Shown here: positions 8,549 to 22,819 of the stretch, piece after piece
Layout: every line of letters begins with the position of its first letter
Numbering within the stretch: the first letter of the stretch is position 1
Source of the DNA: an uncultured delta proteobacterium
Lineage (GTDB): Bacteria > Myxococcota > Myxococcia > Myxococcales > Myxococcaceae
Assembly: GCA_963776345.1 (NCBI GenBank)
Contig: CAVZMH010000001.1
Coordinates: 32,001 to 96,000 of the forward strand
Direction: 5' to 3'
Length of the DNA: 64,000 bases
Translations under genes and position numbers: made by a program
The notes under the pieces: model-generated
Databases searched by the model: none
What the model saw: only the letters and a program-made list of their open reading frames with translations
What the model was told of the DNA's origin: nothing

Positions 8549-10378
8549 GTGCCTCGCGCCCGACCCGCCGCCATCGTCCTCGCGCCGTCTCCGCTCCGCG
8601 AGCGCCTGCAGCGCCTGCTCGGCGAGCTGGAGGCGCTCCGCGACGAGGTGGCCCAGCTCGAGCTGGAGTGCGAGACGCTCCGGAGCGAGCTCGCCGCGTT
8701 CGAGGTCCGGCACCGCGCCGAGCTCTCGGAGGAGCAGCGCTGGCTCCAGCGGATCACCTCGGTCGTCCGCCAGATGGAGCGCTGGGTCGAGATGCTCGAG
8801 GACGCCGAGCCCCGGCAGCGCGCGGCCCGGGCGCGACGGGTGGAGCGCGAGCGCACCCGCGAGCTCCACCGGGAGTCACGAGAAGCCGAGCAGGTCGAGG
8901 AGGAGCCGGCGCCCGAGCCCTCGCCCGCGGCGGAGCTGAAGTCGCTCTACCGGCGGCTCGCGCGGCGCTTCCATCCCGACCTGGCGCGGACCGAGGAGGA
9001 GCACGTCCGACACGCGGCGCTGATGGCGCGGATCAACGCGCTGTACCGGGCGGGCGACCGCGCCGGCCTCGAGGCGCTCGCGGACCAGGCCCTCGGCTCG
9101 GAGCTACCGGAGCCGGCGGTCTCGCTGGAGGAGGAGGTCCGGCTCCTGGAGGAGCGCCGCATGCGGTTCGAATCCGCCCGTGACGGGCTGCGGCTGGAGC
9201 TCGATGCGCTCCGGGGGTGTGCGACGGCCGAGCTCCGCCGGCGGGCCCGAGCGGCGAGCGAGGACGGACGCGACTTCTTCGACGAGCTCCGGGCGGAGCT
9301 GGCCTCACGGTGCGAGGGTGCGCTCGGGGACGTGCGCGACGCGGCGGGGGCCCTGGAGGATGCGGTGAGACGAGCAAACCGTCGGTCGCTGGCCACCGAG
9401 GGGAGGCGGACGCTGGACCGCGCCTTCGACCCGCTCGGCCGTCAGAGGCTCGTCCGGCTGTCGCTGGAGGCGCTGGAGGCGGCGCGGGCAGCGCCCGAGG
9501 CGCGGCACGAGGCGGAGCGAATCGCCGAGCTCGCCCGGACCTCTCCGGCCGCGGCGCGGCTGGTCCTGTTCGCCTACGCGAGCGAGCTGGTGCCGCATCC
9601 GCTGGACGGGCTCAGGACGTACGAGGACCTGGCGCTCCGGTTCGAGCACCTGGGCGCCGGTGACGACGAGCCCCGGACGCTGGAGCGGGCGCTGGTGGAC
9701 GCCGCCGAGCTCGTCGAGTTCGGGATCCGCCGCGCCGGCGAGCGGCTGGTCCAGAGCGGTCTGCGGTTCCGCAGCGCCGTGCTGCGCGACGCGGTGCCGC
9801 TCGCCCTCCGCAAGCATCCGCTGCGGGTGGAGTTCCGGCGGGTGCTGGGCACGCTGGGCGAGCGCACCGGGTGCCCGGCGTGCCAGAAGGAGGTCTTCGC
9901 CGTCCCGCTCTACCGGCTGCGCGGGCTGGACGACCTGCACGCCAGCGCCTGCCCGCGCTGCGGACATCTGGTGTCGAGCTACTTCCTGCCCCGCGGCAAG
10001 GACGTGCAGTCGGTGCTGAACACCGCCTTCCTCGACCTCGAGCTGCTGTCCGAGTGGAGCTTCCGGATGGGCCCGGCGTCCGTCTCGGTCCAGCTGCTCC
10101 CGGTCCAGGTGGAGCGCACCACGGTGGGCCAGCTCAAGCGGCGGTTCTGGGCGGACGTGCTCGAGCGGCACGGCGTCCCGGTGCCGCTGGAATCGGTGCG
10201 GCTGCTCCAGTCGCGCCGGCCCGTCCAGGAGCGCCGGAAGCTGGCGCACCTCGACCGGCAGGAGTTCGTGGTGGCCTTCGGAGAGAAGGCGGGCGTGTCG
10301 GTCGCCGACGCGCTGGAGACCGTGCGGCACCGCATCCGCACACGGTTCCGGCCGGACGCCTCCGCGGTCGGGCGCTGA
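8549..10378 (+). CDS. Coiled-coil + J-domain + Zn-ribbon protein with ubiquitin-like C-terminal region
   Basis: LKSLYRRLARRFHPD...MARINALY J-domain; CPAC and CPRC pairs; codon usage typical of the window. Confidence 0.8.
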   Translation: MPRARPAAIVLAPSPLRERLQRLLGELEALRDEVAQLELECETLRSELAAFEVRHRAELSEEQRWLQRITSVVRQMERWVEMLEDAEPRQRAARARRVERERTRELHRESREAEQVEEEPAPEPSPAAELKSLYRRLARRFHPDLARTEEEHVRHAALMARINALYRAGDRAGLEALADQALGSELPEPAVSLEEEVRLLEERRMRFESARDGLRLELDALRGCATAELRRRARAASEDGRDFFDELRAELASRCEGALGDVRDAAGALEDAVRRANRRSLATEGRRTLDRAFDPLGRQRLVRLSLEALEAARAAPEARHEAERIAELARTSPAAARLVLFAYASELVPHPLDGLRTYEDLALRFEHLGAGDDEPRTLERALVDAAELVEFGIRRAGERLVQSGLRFRSAVLRDAVPLALRKHPLRVEFRRVLGTLGERTGCPACQKEVFAVPLYRLRGLDDLHASACPRCGHLVSSYFLPRGKDVQSVLNTAFLDLELLSEWSFRMGPASVSVQLLPVQVERTTVGQLKRRFWADVLERHGVPVPLESVRLLQSRRPVQERRKLAHLDRQEFVVAFGEKAGVSVADALETVRHRIRTRFRPDASAVGR

Positions 10379-10447
10379 GCCGTCACGATCGAGACGGCAC
10401 CGAGGACGAATCGGGAAGCTCGGCCCGAGCGCGTGGCCGTGCGCCGG

Positions 10448-10831
10448 TCACCAGCGCCCGGGTTCGCGCCGCTCGGCCTTCCGACGGCCGAGCCGCTTCT
10501 TGGCGTCGAGCCGGCGTTCCTTCGCCCCGCGAGATGGGCGCGTGGGACGCCGTGGTCGGCGGACCCGGGTCAGGCCGGCGAGGACGGCGCGGAGCCGCTC
10601 CAGCGCGGTGCTCCGGTTCTGCGCCTGGCTCCGGCGCTCGGTGGCGGTGACGGTCACTCCGGTCGGCGGGTGAACGAGGCGGACCGCGGAGGCGGTCTTG
10701 TTCCGGTGCTGACCGCCGGGACCTCCGCCCACGAAGGTGGAGACCTCGCACGTCCGCAGCAGCGCCTCGTCGTCGAGCGCGAGCGCGGCCCGGGCGGCTT
10801 CCCGCCGCAGCGTCTGGTCCGAGGGCTCCAT
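10448..10831 (-). CDS. Short class I release factor-like protein (ArfB/YaeJ-like ribosome rescue peptidyl-tRNA hydrolase)
   Basis: [13 protein letters not shown] motif, RSQAQNR, basic tail [19 protein letters not shown]. Confidence 0.88.
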   Translation of the reverse strand: MEPSDQTLRREAARAALALDDEALLRTCEVSTFVGGGPGGQHRNKTASAVRLVHPPTGVTVTATERRSQAQNRSTALERLRAVLAGLTRVRRPRRPTRPSRGAKERRLDAKKRLGRRKAERREPGRW

Positions 10832-11384
10832 CCCGGTCGGGGTCTACACGCGCTCCGGTCGGTCCGCACGCTCGCCGCCCGCCGGGGTGCCGGCCGCCGA
10901 GTGCCAGACACGTCGGGCGTGGGCCTCGAGGGGAAGCAGATGCTCGGCGCCGCCCGGGCCGGACGGCCCCGCCCACCAACTGAGACGCGCTGTGCGAGTG
11001 AGGCCCTCGTAACTGCCTGAGCCGTCGAAGCCCAACTTCCCTCAGTAGTTGTTGCAATCGCCTCTCGTGCCTCGGAGCGGCTCCCCGGGCGGACCTCGCG
11101 ATGCTGGGCGTCCGCCGCACGGCCCCTCGCGCGACGCAGTGGCCGCCGTGTCCACCCGCCTCGGTGGGTGGCCTCGGCCAGGCACGAGCGTGCCCGGGCG
11201 GCTGACCTCCGGCCCTTTCGGCGTTCTCCCCGGGGCGCTGCGGCCCTCGGTCGCCCCGCTCGGGCCGAGTCCGCGGCCTCGGCCAAGAAATTGGCCTGCC
11301 TGCTCGGCGAGACACCGGCCTCAGCCTGCCCTCCGAGGGGTGCAGGGTCGTGGTCCTCCTGTTAGCACCGCACCTCCCCCCTCC

Positions 11385-16655
<5,271 letters not shown>

Positions 16656-16691
16656 ACGCCGGCCGCGGTGAGCGCGCCGCTCCCTCCAGGC

Positions 16692-17069
16692 TCAGCGATG
16701 CGCCTTCTTGGTCGTCGTCTTCTTCGAGGAGCTGGTGGACTTGGCGGGCGTCGCGGCCGGCTTCTTCTTCGGCTCCTCGACCTTCACCGGCTCCACCTTC
16801 CGCTCGGCGAGCAGCGCCTTCTCGCGCTCGAGGTCGCGGATCTTCATCTCCATCGTGGCCTGGGTCTTCGCCAGGTCCTTCACCTTGGTCTCGAGGGCGG
16901 TGGACCGCTCGCTCTCCTTCTTGAGCGCGGCCTCGGCCTCGTCCTTGGCGCCCTTCAGGGTGCAGGAGCTCCAGCCGCCCACCACCACTGCGGCCACGAG
17001 GAGGATCCAGGGGAGCTTGGAGGGTCGAGAACGGCGCCACTCCGCCTCGAACTCGGCAGTAGTCGACAC
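16692..17069 (-). CDS. Hypothetical single-TM protein with coiled coil and Lys-rich tail
   Basis: SD GGAGG before GTG; TM LPWILLVAAVVVGGW; AAG/GAG-rich codons typical of real genes here. Confidence 0.75.
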   Translation of the reverse strand: MSTTAEFEAEWRRSRPSKLPWILLVAAVVVGGWSSCTLKGAKDEAEAALKKESERSTALETKVKDLAKTQATMEMKIRDLEREKALLAERKVEPVKVEEPKKKPAATPAKSTSSSKKTTTKKAHR

Positions 17070-17121
17070 AGGGCCTCCACCTTAGCAGGCCGGCCCCCCC
17101 GTGGTAGTTCCCTCCGGCGCG

Positions 17122-17946
17122 ATGGCCACCCTGGCGCACACCCGGTTGACGGAGGGTCCACGGGCGCCGGAGCGCTGGGTGGTGTTCCTCCACGGGCTGC
17201 TCGGGCGAGGCGGAAACTGGCGCTCCTTCGGCAGGAGGTGGGTGGAGACACACCCGACCTGGGGCGCGGTGCTCGTCGACCTGCGTCTCCATGGCGACTC
17301 GCGCGCTGGCTTCGCTCCACCCCACACGGTGCGCGCTGCGGCCGACGACGTCCTGGCGCTGGTCGAGGCGCTTCCCGGCGGGGTGGAGGCGCTGGTGGGA
17401 CACTCGCTGGGCGGGAAGGTGGTCCTCGCCGCGCAGCGCGCGAGCCACCAGCGCTTCCCGCGCGCGGTGGTGCTCGACGCCTCCCCGTCAGCCCGCCCGG
17501 AGGGGCTCGGGTCCGAGCAGACCCGCGACGTGCTCGCGCTGCTCGCCAGGCTCCCGCGGGAGTACGCCACCCGCACCGAGTTCGTCGCCGCGGTGGAGGC
17601 GGGCGGGCAGCCCCGGGCCATCGCCCAGTGGCTCGCCATGGCGCTCGAGCCCGGCGGGCGTGGATTCCAGCTCTCGCTCGACTTACCGGGGCTCGAGTCC
17701 CTCTTCCGGAGCGTGCTCGCCGAGGACGACTGGGACGTGGTGACCTCGGTCCCGTCCGGTCACCGGCTGGCGTTCGTGGCAGGCGGCAGCTCCGGCGTGG
17801 TCGAGCCCGCGGCGCGCACCCGGCTCGGGGCGCTCGGGCCGAGTGTGACCTTCGAGGAGGTTCCCGGCGCCGGCCACTGGCTCCAGGTGGACGCGCCCGA
17901 CGCCACGTTCTCCGCGGTGGAGCGGGCGCTCTCCGAGCGCTCCTAA
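17122..17946 (+). CDS. Alpha/beta hydrolase (YbfF/ABHD11-like esterase)
   Basis: FLHGLLG, DLRLHGDS, GHSLGGKV, AGHWLQVDAP. Confidence 0.88.
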   Translation: MATLAHTRLTEGPRAPERWVVFLHGLLGRGGNWRSFGRRWVETHPTWGAVLVDLRLHGDSRAGFAPPHTVRAAADDVLALVEALPGGVEALVGHSLGGKVVLAAQRASHQRFPRAVVLDASPSARPEGLGSEQTRDVLALLARLPREYATRTEFVAAVEAGGQPRAIAQWLAMALEPGGRGFQLSLDLPGLESLFRSVLAEDDWDVVTSVPSGHRLAFVAGGSSGVVEPAARTRLGALGPSVTFEEVPGAGHWLQVDAPDATFSAVERALSERS

Positions 17947-19277
17947 CGGGGCGCCCAGCCGAAGAAGAGGTGGCAGAGGCTGGTCGCGGCGACGTAGCCG
18001 GCGAGGTCCGCCGCCAGGCACGCCACCAGCGTGTGGCGGAGCACCCGGACCTGCACGCTCCCGAAGTACACCGCGAGCACGTAGAAGGTGGTCTCGGTCC
18101 CGGCGTTCAGGAGGCACACCAGGTAGCCGACGAACGAGTCCGGGCCGTGGGTCCTCATCGTCTCGCTCATCACCCCCAGCGCGCCGCTCCCGGACAGCGG
18201 CTTGATGAGCGCCATCGGGAGCGCCTCGGCGGGGAAGCCGAGCCGCGAGGTGAGGGGAGAGAGCAGGCCGGTCAGCGCATCCATCGCCCCGGAGGCCCGG
18301 AACATGGCGATGCCCACCAGGATGGCCACCAGGAAGGGGATGATGACGATGGCGATCTGGAAGCCTTCCTTCGCGCCGGCGATGAAGACCTCGTAGACCT
18401 TCACCCGCCGGGCGATGCCGAAGAGCATGATCGCCAGCATCAGCGCCGGGATCATCCACTCGCTCATGAAGGTGCGGACCAGGTCGAATCCCGAGTGCTC
18501 CGGCTGCAGGCGGAAGCCCCCCCGCACCGCGGCGGCCACGAAGAGCGCCAGGAGCCCCAGCGCGAACGCCCGCCGGCCTGGGCTCGCCGGCGCGTGCGCC
18601 TCGGCCAGCTTCTCCGCGGTGGCCAGGGCCGCCGCGTCCGGTCCCTTCGGCGCCGCGCCGGCGGCGGGGAGGGGCTCGACGGTGTAGCGGTCGGGACGGA
18701 ACCGGGCGCGCCGCTCGAGGAGCTTCGCCACCAGCACCGCGGTCAGCGCCGCCGACAACGTGGAGAGGAACGAGGGGAGGACGATGCCCGCCGGATCCTT
18801 CGACCCGAGCGCGGCGCGCACCGCCACCGCGCCGAGCGGGAGGATCGCCACGCCGGCCGCGTTGATCGCCAGGAACAGCGCCATCGAGTTGGTCGCCACC
18901 CCCGGGTTCGGGTTGAGGGTGTTGAGCTCCGCCATCGCCTTGAGCCCGAACGGCGTGGCGGCGTTGCCGAGCCCGAGCATGTTCGCCGAGAGGTTGAGGA
19001 TCATCGACCCCATCGCGGGGTGATCCTCCGGGACCTCCGGGAACAGCCGGCGCATGAGCGGGCGCAGCCCCCGGGCGAGCGACCGCATCAGGCCGCCCTC
19101 CCGGACGATGCCCATCATCCCCAGCCAGAGCGCCATCTGGCCGACCAGCCCGATGGCGAGATCCACCGACGCCTTGGCGGCCGTCAGCGAGGCCTCGGTC
19201 ACCCGGGGCATGGTGCCGCGAAAGGCCGCCGTGAGGACGGAGCCCACGACGAGGACGAAGAAGATGCCGTTGAGCAC
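17943..19277 (-). CDS. Fused SpmA/SpmB nucleoside-recognition (gate) domain membrane protein
   Basis: ANMLGLGNAATPFGLKAM (SpmA); VYEVFIAGAKEG, KPLSGSGA and TETTFYVLAVYFGSV (SpmB). Confidence 0.9.
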   Translation of the reverse strand: MLNGIFFVLVVGSVLTAAFRGTMPRVTEASLTAAKASVDLAIGLVGQMALWLGMMGIVREGGLMRSLARGLRPLMRRLFPEVPEDHPAMGSMILNLSANMLGLGNAATPFGLKAMAELNTLNPNPGVATNSMALFLAINAAGVAILPLGAVAVRAALGSKDPAGIVLPSFLSTLSAALTAVLVAKLLERRARFRPDRYTVEPLPAAGAAPKGPDAAALATAEKLAEAHAPASPGRRAFALGLLALFVAAAVRGGFRLQPEHSGFDLVRTFMSEWMIPALMLAIMLFGIARRVKVYEVFIAGAKEGFQIAIVIIPFLVAILVGIAMFRASGAMDALTGLLSPLTSRLGFPAEALPMALIKPLSGSGALGVMSETMRTHGPDSFVGYLVCLLNAGTETTFYVLAVYFGSVQVRVLRHTLVACLAADLAGYVAATSLCHLFFGWAPR

Positions 19278-19444
19278 GGGGGCTCCGCACCCTAGCAGCG
19301 CGCCCGGACGCCACCCGCTGCTCGGGGGGTGCACCGAATGCAGCCAGCCGCCCCGTTCCGGTCGCCGGACGGGGAACGGCCGGTTTGCCGCTCCCGAGGC
19401 CCGCGAGTTACAGTTTCCCGGCCGTTTCCCCTCGGGAGACTGCG

Positions 19445-22400
19445 ATGGCTCGAGAGGCCCTACCAGGAGAGGTGTATCGACCAGCGTCCCCGGGCGGACG
19501 CACGGCGAGCGCCACGCCTGACGACGGGGTCGGGGGGCCGGTCCCGAGGCTGCCGCGCGGGGCGACCCTGGGCCGGTACGTCGTCCTGGACTGCCTGGGC
19601 AGCGGGGGGATGGGGGTCGTCTACCGGGCCCACGACTTCGCGCTCGACCGGCGCGTCTCCCTGAAGCTGCTCCGCTCCTCGGGGAAGGACCCGGAGGCCC
19701 GGCGCGAGCGCCTGGTGACCGAGGCCCAGGCGCTGGCCCGGGTGTCCCATCCGAACGTCCTGGCGGTGCACGACGTCGGCACCTGGGAGGACGAGGTCTA
19801 CCTCGCCCTGGAGCACGTGGAGGGCGAGACGCTCCTGAGCTGGCTCGACCGCGCGCCGCGGACGCCGGCCGAGATCCGCGGGATGTTCCTCCAGGCCGCG
19901 CGCGGGCTGCAGGCGATCCACGATGCGGGGCTGGTGCACCGGGACGTGAAGCCCGAGAACCTGCTCGTCGGGCGCGACGGGCGGCTCCGGGTGGCGGACC
20001 TCGGGCTGGCCATCACCGCGGGGAGCGGCGGATCGGCGCCGGCCCGCGAGACGCTGCGGCCCGGGACGCCCGGCTACATGCCGCTGGAGCAGCACCGGGG
20101 CGAGGCGCTCGACGCGCGCGCCGACCAGTTCAGCCTCGCGGTGGCGCTCTACGAGGCGCTGCTGGGCCACCGTCCGTACGGGAGCCGCGGAGCCTCGCGC
20201 GAGGCGCTCGAGGAGCGGCTGGCGCGCGGACCCGGAGTCGACGTGCCGCGGTCGGGCGCCGTCCCCCCGCGGTTGCACCGGGCCCTCACCGCGTCTCTGA
20301 GCCCGGACCGCGACCGGCGCCCGGCCTCCCTCGCTCCGCTGATCGACGCGCTCACCTCCCCCGGTCTGCCGGCGCCCCGCAGCCTCGGAGGCTACGTCGC
20401 CGTCGGCGCCTCGCTGGCCGTCCTCCTGCTCGCCATGGCGCGCGGAAACGCGGCGCCTCTGGCCTCCGCCGAGGCGGCGCCCTGGCTCCCGCCCGCGTAC
20501 GAGTTCCAGGCCGAGGGGGTGGAGCCCGCGGCCCCGGCGGTCCTCGGCGCGGCGCTCCCGCCCGCCGCGCCCGGAGCGACGCTCCGCGAGGCGGCGTCCT
20601 CCGTCCGCAGCGGCCCGGCGTCCGCCTCCGCCCCGTCGCTCGCCCCACCGACCTCGGCCGCGGTGGTCCGGCCCGAGACGCTGGTCATCGGCCGGCGCGC
20701 GCCGTCCGCCGAGGTCTCCCCGTCGCCGCCCCGCGCTCCGGGCCTCGACCTGGACCGTCTCGCCGAGCTGCGCAGCCTGGTCCAGGCGCTCTACCGCGCG
20801 CTGACCGAGCCCCGGGAGGGCAGCGCCCAGGGGCCGCTCCTCGCGCTCTCGCCCGTGCCGGGCATGTCCTCGCCGAGCGGGGTCCCGTCGACCCCGGCCC
20901 CGGTCCAGCTGGCGTCGGCCGGGCTGAGCGGTGGCTCGGGGCCGGACTGGGTGGACCCGACGGGGCAGAGCATCGCGGCGATGGAGCGCCGGCTGGACCA
21001 GCAGATCCGCCAGAACCGGAGCCCGCCGGAGATTGCCCAGACGCGCTTCGCGCTCGCGCAGGCCATCTGGGACTCGAGCGACGCGGTCGACGCGCAGAAC
21101 CGCGCCCTGACTCTCGCCCGCGAGAGCAAGGCGGCGCTCGACGCGGTGACCAACGACGACTCGAGCGTGGTCGAGCTGCGCCAGGCGGTGAACGACTGGA
21201 TCTCGACGCGCGAGGGGCCGGTGGGCAAGCCCGGGGGCCCGCGTCTGACCTTCCAGCACGCCCAGCTCAAGCTGGAGTCGTGGACTCCCGTCGCTGACGT
21301 GTCTCGCCCCAACGCCACGAGGTCCGAGACCGATGGACGGCCGTCGTCCCGGCCCGCCCGGTCCAGCCAGCTGGTGGCCGCGCTCTCCTGCGACCGGCCG
21401 CTCGAGCCGCCGCGCGCGGTCGACCTGACGGGAGCCTCCGAGGTCTGGCTCGGCCGGTCGCCGCCCGAGGCTCCTCCCGGCGTCGTCCGGCTCAGCTTCG
21501 CGGACGAGCGGATGTCGGCGCTCCATGCGCGGCTGCGGCGGGTGCTCGGGCGCTGGGTGGTGGAGGACGCCGGCAGCAAGAACGGTCTGCGCGTGCAGGG
21601 GACCCCGCAGCGGCGGGCGGTGCTCGAGCCCGGCGACTCGATCGAGTGCGGGCAGACGTTCCTGGTCTTCGAGGAGCACCCGCGCGGGGACGACCCGCCG
21701 CCCTCGCTCCCCCCGGGCGCCGCGGAGCTCGGGTGCCAGAGCTTCCATCCGGAGCTCCTCGCCGCCTGGTCGGCGCTGGCCCGGGTGGCGCCCACCCGCG
21801 TGCCGGTGATGCTCGAGGGCGAGACCGGCACCGGGAAGGAGCTGGCCGCGCGGGCGCTGCACGTCTGGTCCGGCCGGTCCGGCCCCTTCGTGGCGGTGAA
21901 CTGCGGCGCGCTGCCCGAGCACCTGGCGGAGAGCGAGCTGTTCGGCGTCCGTCGGGGCGCCTTCACCGGGGCGGTCGAGGACCGGCCGGGGCTGGTCCGT
22001 GCCTCGAGCGGCGGGACGCTGCTCCTCGACGAGGTGGGGGAGCTTCCCGCCGCGCTGCAAGTGAAGCTCCTCCGCGTCCTTCAAGAAAACGAGGTGCAGC
22101 CGGTGGGCGCGGCGCAGCCGGTCCGCGTCGACCTGCGCGTCGTCACCGCCACGCACCGCGACCTCTCCGCGCTGGTGGAGGAGGGGACCTTCCGGAGCGA
22201 CCTCTTCGCGCGCCTCACCGGGCTCTTGGTGGAGCTGCCGCCGCTGCGGGACCGCCGCGCCGACCTCGGGCTGCTGGTGCCGGCGCTGCTCCGGCGGGCC
22301 GGCGCGCCGCCGGCGGTCCGCATCTCCCGCGAGGCAGCGCGGGCGCTCTTCCGCTGGAGCTGGCCGCACAACGTCCGCGAGCTGGAGAAGGCCCTGGCGC

Positions 22401-22678
22401 TCGGGGTGGCGCTCGCCGGCGACGGGCGCATCGAGCTCGCGCACCTGCCGGAGGTCTTGCGCACCGCCCCCGAGCCCCGGCCGGACGCGATGGCCAGCCG
22501 CGGCGACCGTCCGCTGAGCGACGCCGACGTGACGCGCCGGACCGAGCTCATCGAGCTGCTCCGGGCGCACCACGGGAACGTCAGCGCGGTGGCGCGCCAG
22601 ATGGGCGTGGCGCGGATGCAGATCCAGCGGTGGTGCCGGCGGTTCCACCTGGACCCGGCGAGCTTCCGCGCCGCCTAG
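19445..22678 (+). CDS. Single ORF joining a membrane Ser/Thr kinase (to ~21250-21280) and an FHA-sigma54 enhancer-binding protein (from GTG 21299); may be two genes
   Basis: Kinase motifs LGSGGMGVVY, HRDVKPEN, DLG, GTPGYMPLE; TM YVAVGASLAVLLLAMA; FHA motifs GR, MSALHA, DAGSKNG; AAA+ motifs GETGTGKE, ESELFG, GAFTGA, LLDEVGE, WPHNVRELE; HTH GNVSAVARQMGV. Confidence 0.85.
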   Translation: MAREALPGEVYRPASPGGRTASATPDDGVGGPVPRLPRGATLGRYVVLDCLGSGGMGVVYRAHDFALDRRVSLKLLRSSGKDPEARRERLVTEAQALARVSHPNVLAVHDVGTWEDEVYLALEHVEGETLLSWLDRAPRTPAEIRGMFLQAARGLQAIHDAGLVHRDVKPENLLVGRDGRLRVADLGLAITAGSGGSAPARETLRPGTPGYMPLEQHRGEALDARADQFSLAVALYEALLGHRPYGSRGASREALEERLARGPGVDVPRSGAVPPRLHRALTASLSPDRDRRPASLAPLIDALTSPGLPAPRSLGGYVAVGASLAVLLLAMARGNAAPLASAEAAPWLPPAYEFQAEGVEPAAPAVLGAALPPAAPGATLREAASSVRSGPASASAPSLAPPTSAAVVRPETLVIGRRAPSAEVSPSPPRAPGLDLDRLAELRSLVQALYRALTEPREGSAQGPLLALSPVPGMSSPSGVPSTPAPVQLASAGLSGGSGPDWVDPTGQSIAAMERRLDQQIRQNRSPPEIAQTRFALAQAIWDSSDAVDAQNRALTLARESKAALDAVTNDDSSVVELRQAVNDWISTREGPVGKPGGPRLTFQHAQLKLESWTPVADVSRPNATRSETDGRPSSRPARSSQLVAALSCDRPLEPPRAVDLTGASEVWLGRSPPEAPPGVVRLSFADERMSALHARLRRVLGRWVVEDAGSKNGLRVQGTPQRRAVLEPGDSIECGQTFLVFEEHPRGDDPPPSLPPGAAELGCQSFHPELLAAWSALARVAPTRVPVMLEGETGTGKELAARALHVWSGRSGPFVAVNCGALPEHLAESELFGVRRGAFTGAVEDRPGLVRASSGGTLLLDEVGELPAALQVKLLRVLQENEVQPVGAAQPVRVDLRVVTATHRDLSALVEEGTFRSDLFARLTGLLVELPPLRDRRADLGLLVPALLRRAGAPPAVRISREAARALFRWSWPHNVRELEKALALGVALAGDGRIELAHLPEVLRTAPEPRPDAMASRGDRPLSDADVTRRTELIELLRAHHGNVSAVARQMGVARMQIQRWCRRFHLDPASFRAA

Positions 22679-22697
22679 CGAGGAGCCGGGGGCGCGG

Positions 22698-22750
22698 GGT
22701 GCAACACCCCGAGGTGCAACACCCCCCGGGGGTGCAACGTGTTGCACCCC
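22698..22750. repeat. Array of GGTGCAAC half-sites (candidate enhancer for the adjacent activator)
   Basis: GGTGCAACACCCC direct repeats at 22698 and 22713; perfect inverted repeat GGGGTGCAAC-GT-GTTGCACCCC at 22729-22750. Confidence 0.8.
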
Positions 22751-22793
22751 GTCCGCTGGTACCGATGTCCCAGGCGATTTGCCGCCCACGGCC

Positions 22794-22809
22794 CGGCACG
22801 CCGACTGCA
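22794..22809 (+). promoter_or_regulatory. Sigma54 (-24/-12) promoter
   Basis: CGGCACGCCGACTGCA: GG at 22795-96, exactly 10 nt, GC at 22807-08. Compare consensus TGGCACG-N4-TTGCA. Confidence 0.72.
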
Positions 22810-22819
22810 CAGGCAGGGG

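Noticed and set aside
9163..9177. tRNA T-arm-like GCGG-TTCGAAT-CCGC
   Set aside because: It lies inside the J-domain CDS, with no acceptor, D or anticodon arms around it.
11181..11196. Sigma54 promoter or SOS box upstream of uvrA
   Set aside because: The GGCAC-to-GC spacing is one base short on both strands, and I could not recognise a LexA box.
18515..18530. Third copy of the REP-like core (CCCCCCGCACC)
   Set aside because: Only a partial match, inside the spmAB coding sequence; probably chance.
19372..19430. Inverted repeat GGGAACGGCCGG / CCGGCCGTTTCCC upstream of the kinase as a riboswitch
   Set aside because: No known aptamer motifs, and such pairing is common at this GC content.
22698..22750. 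Possible mini-CRISPR array
   Set aside because: Repeats are only 8-13 bp with 2-5 bp between them, one is inverted, and there are no cas genes. A protein-binding array fits better.
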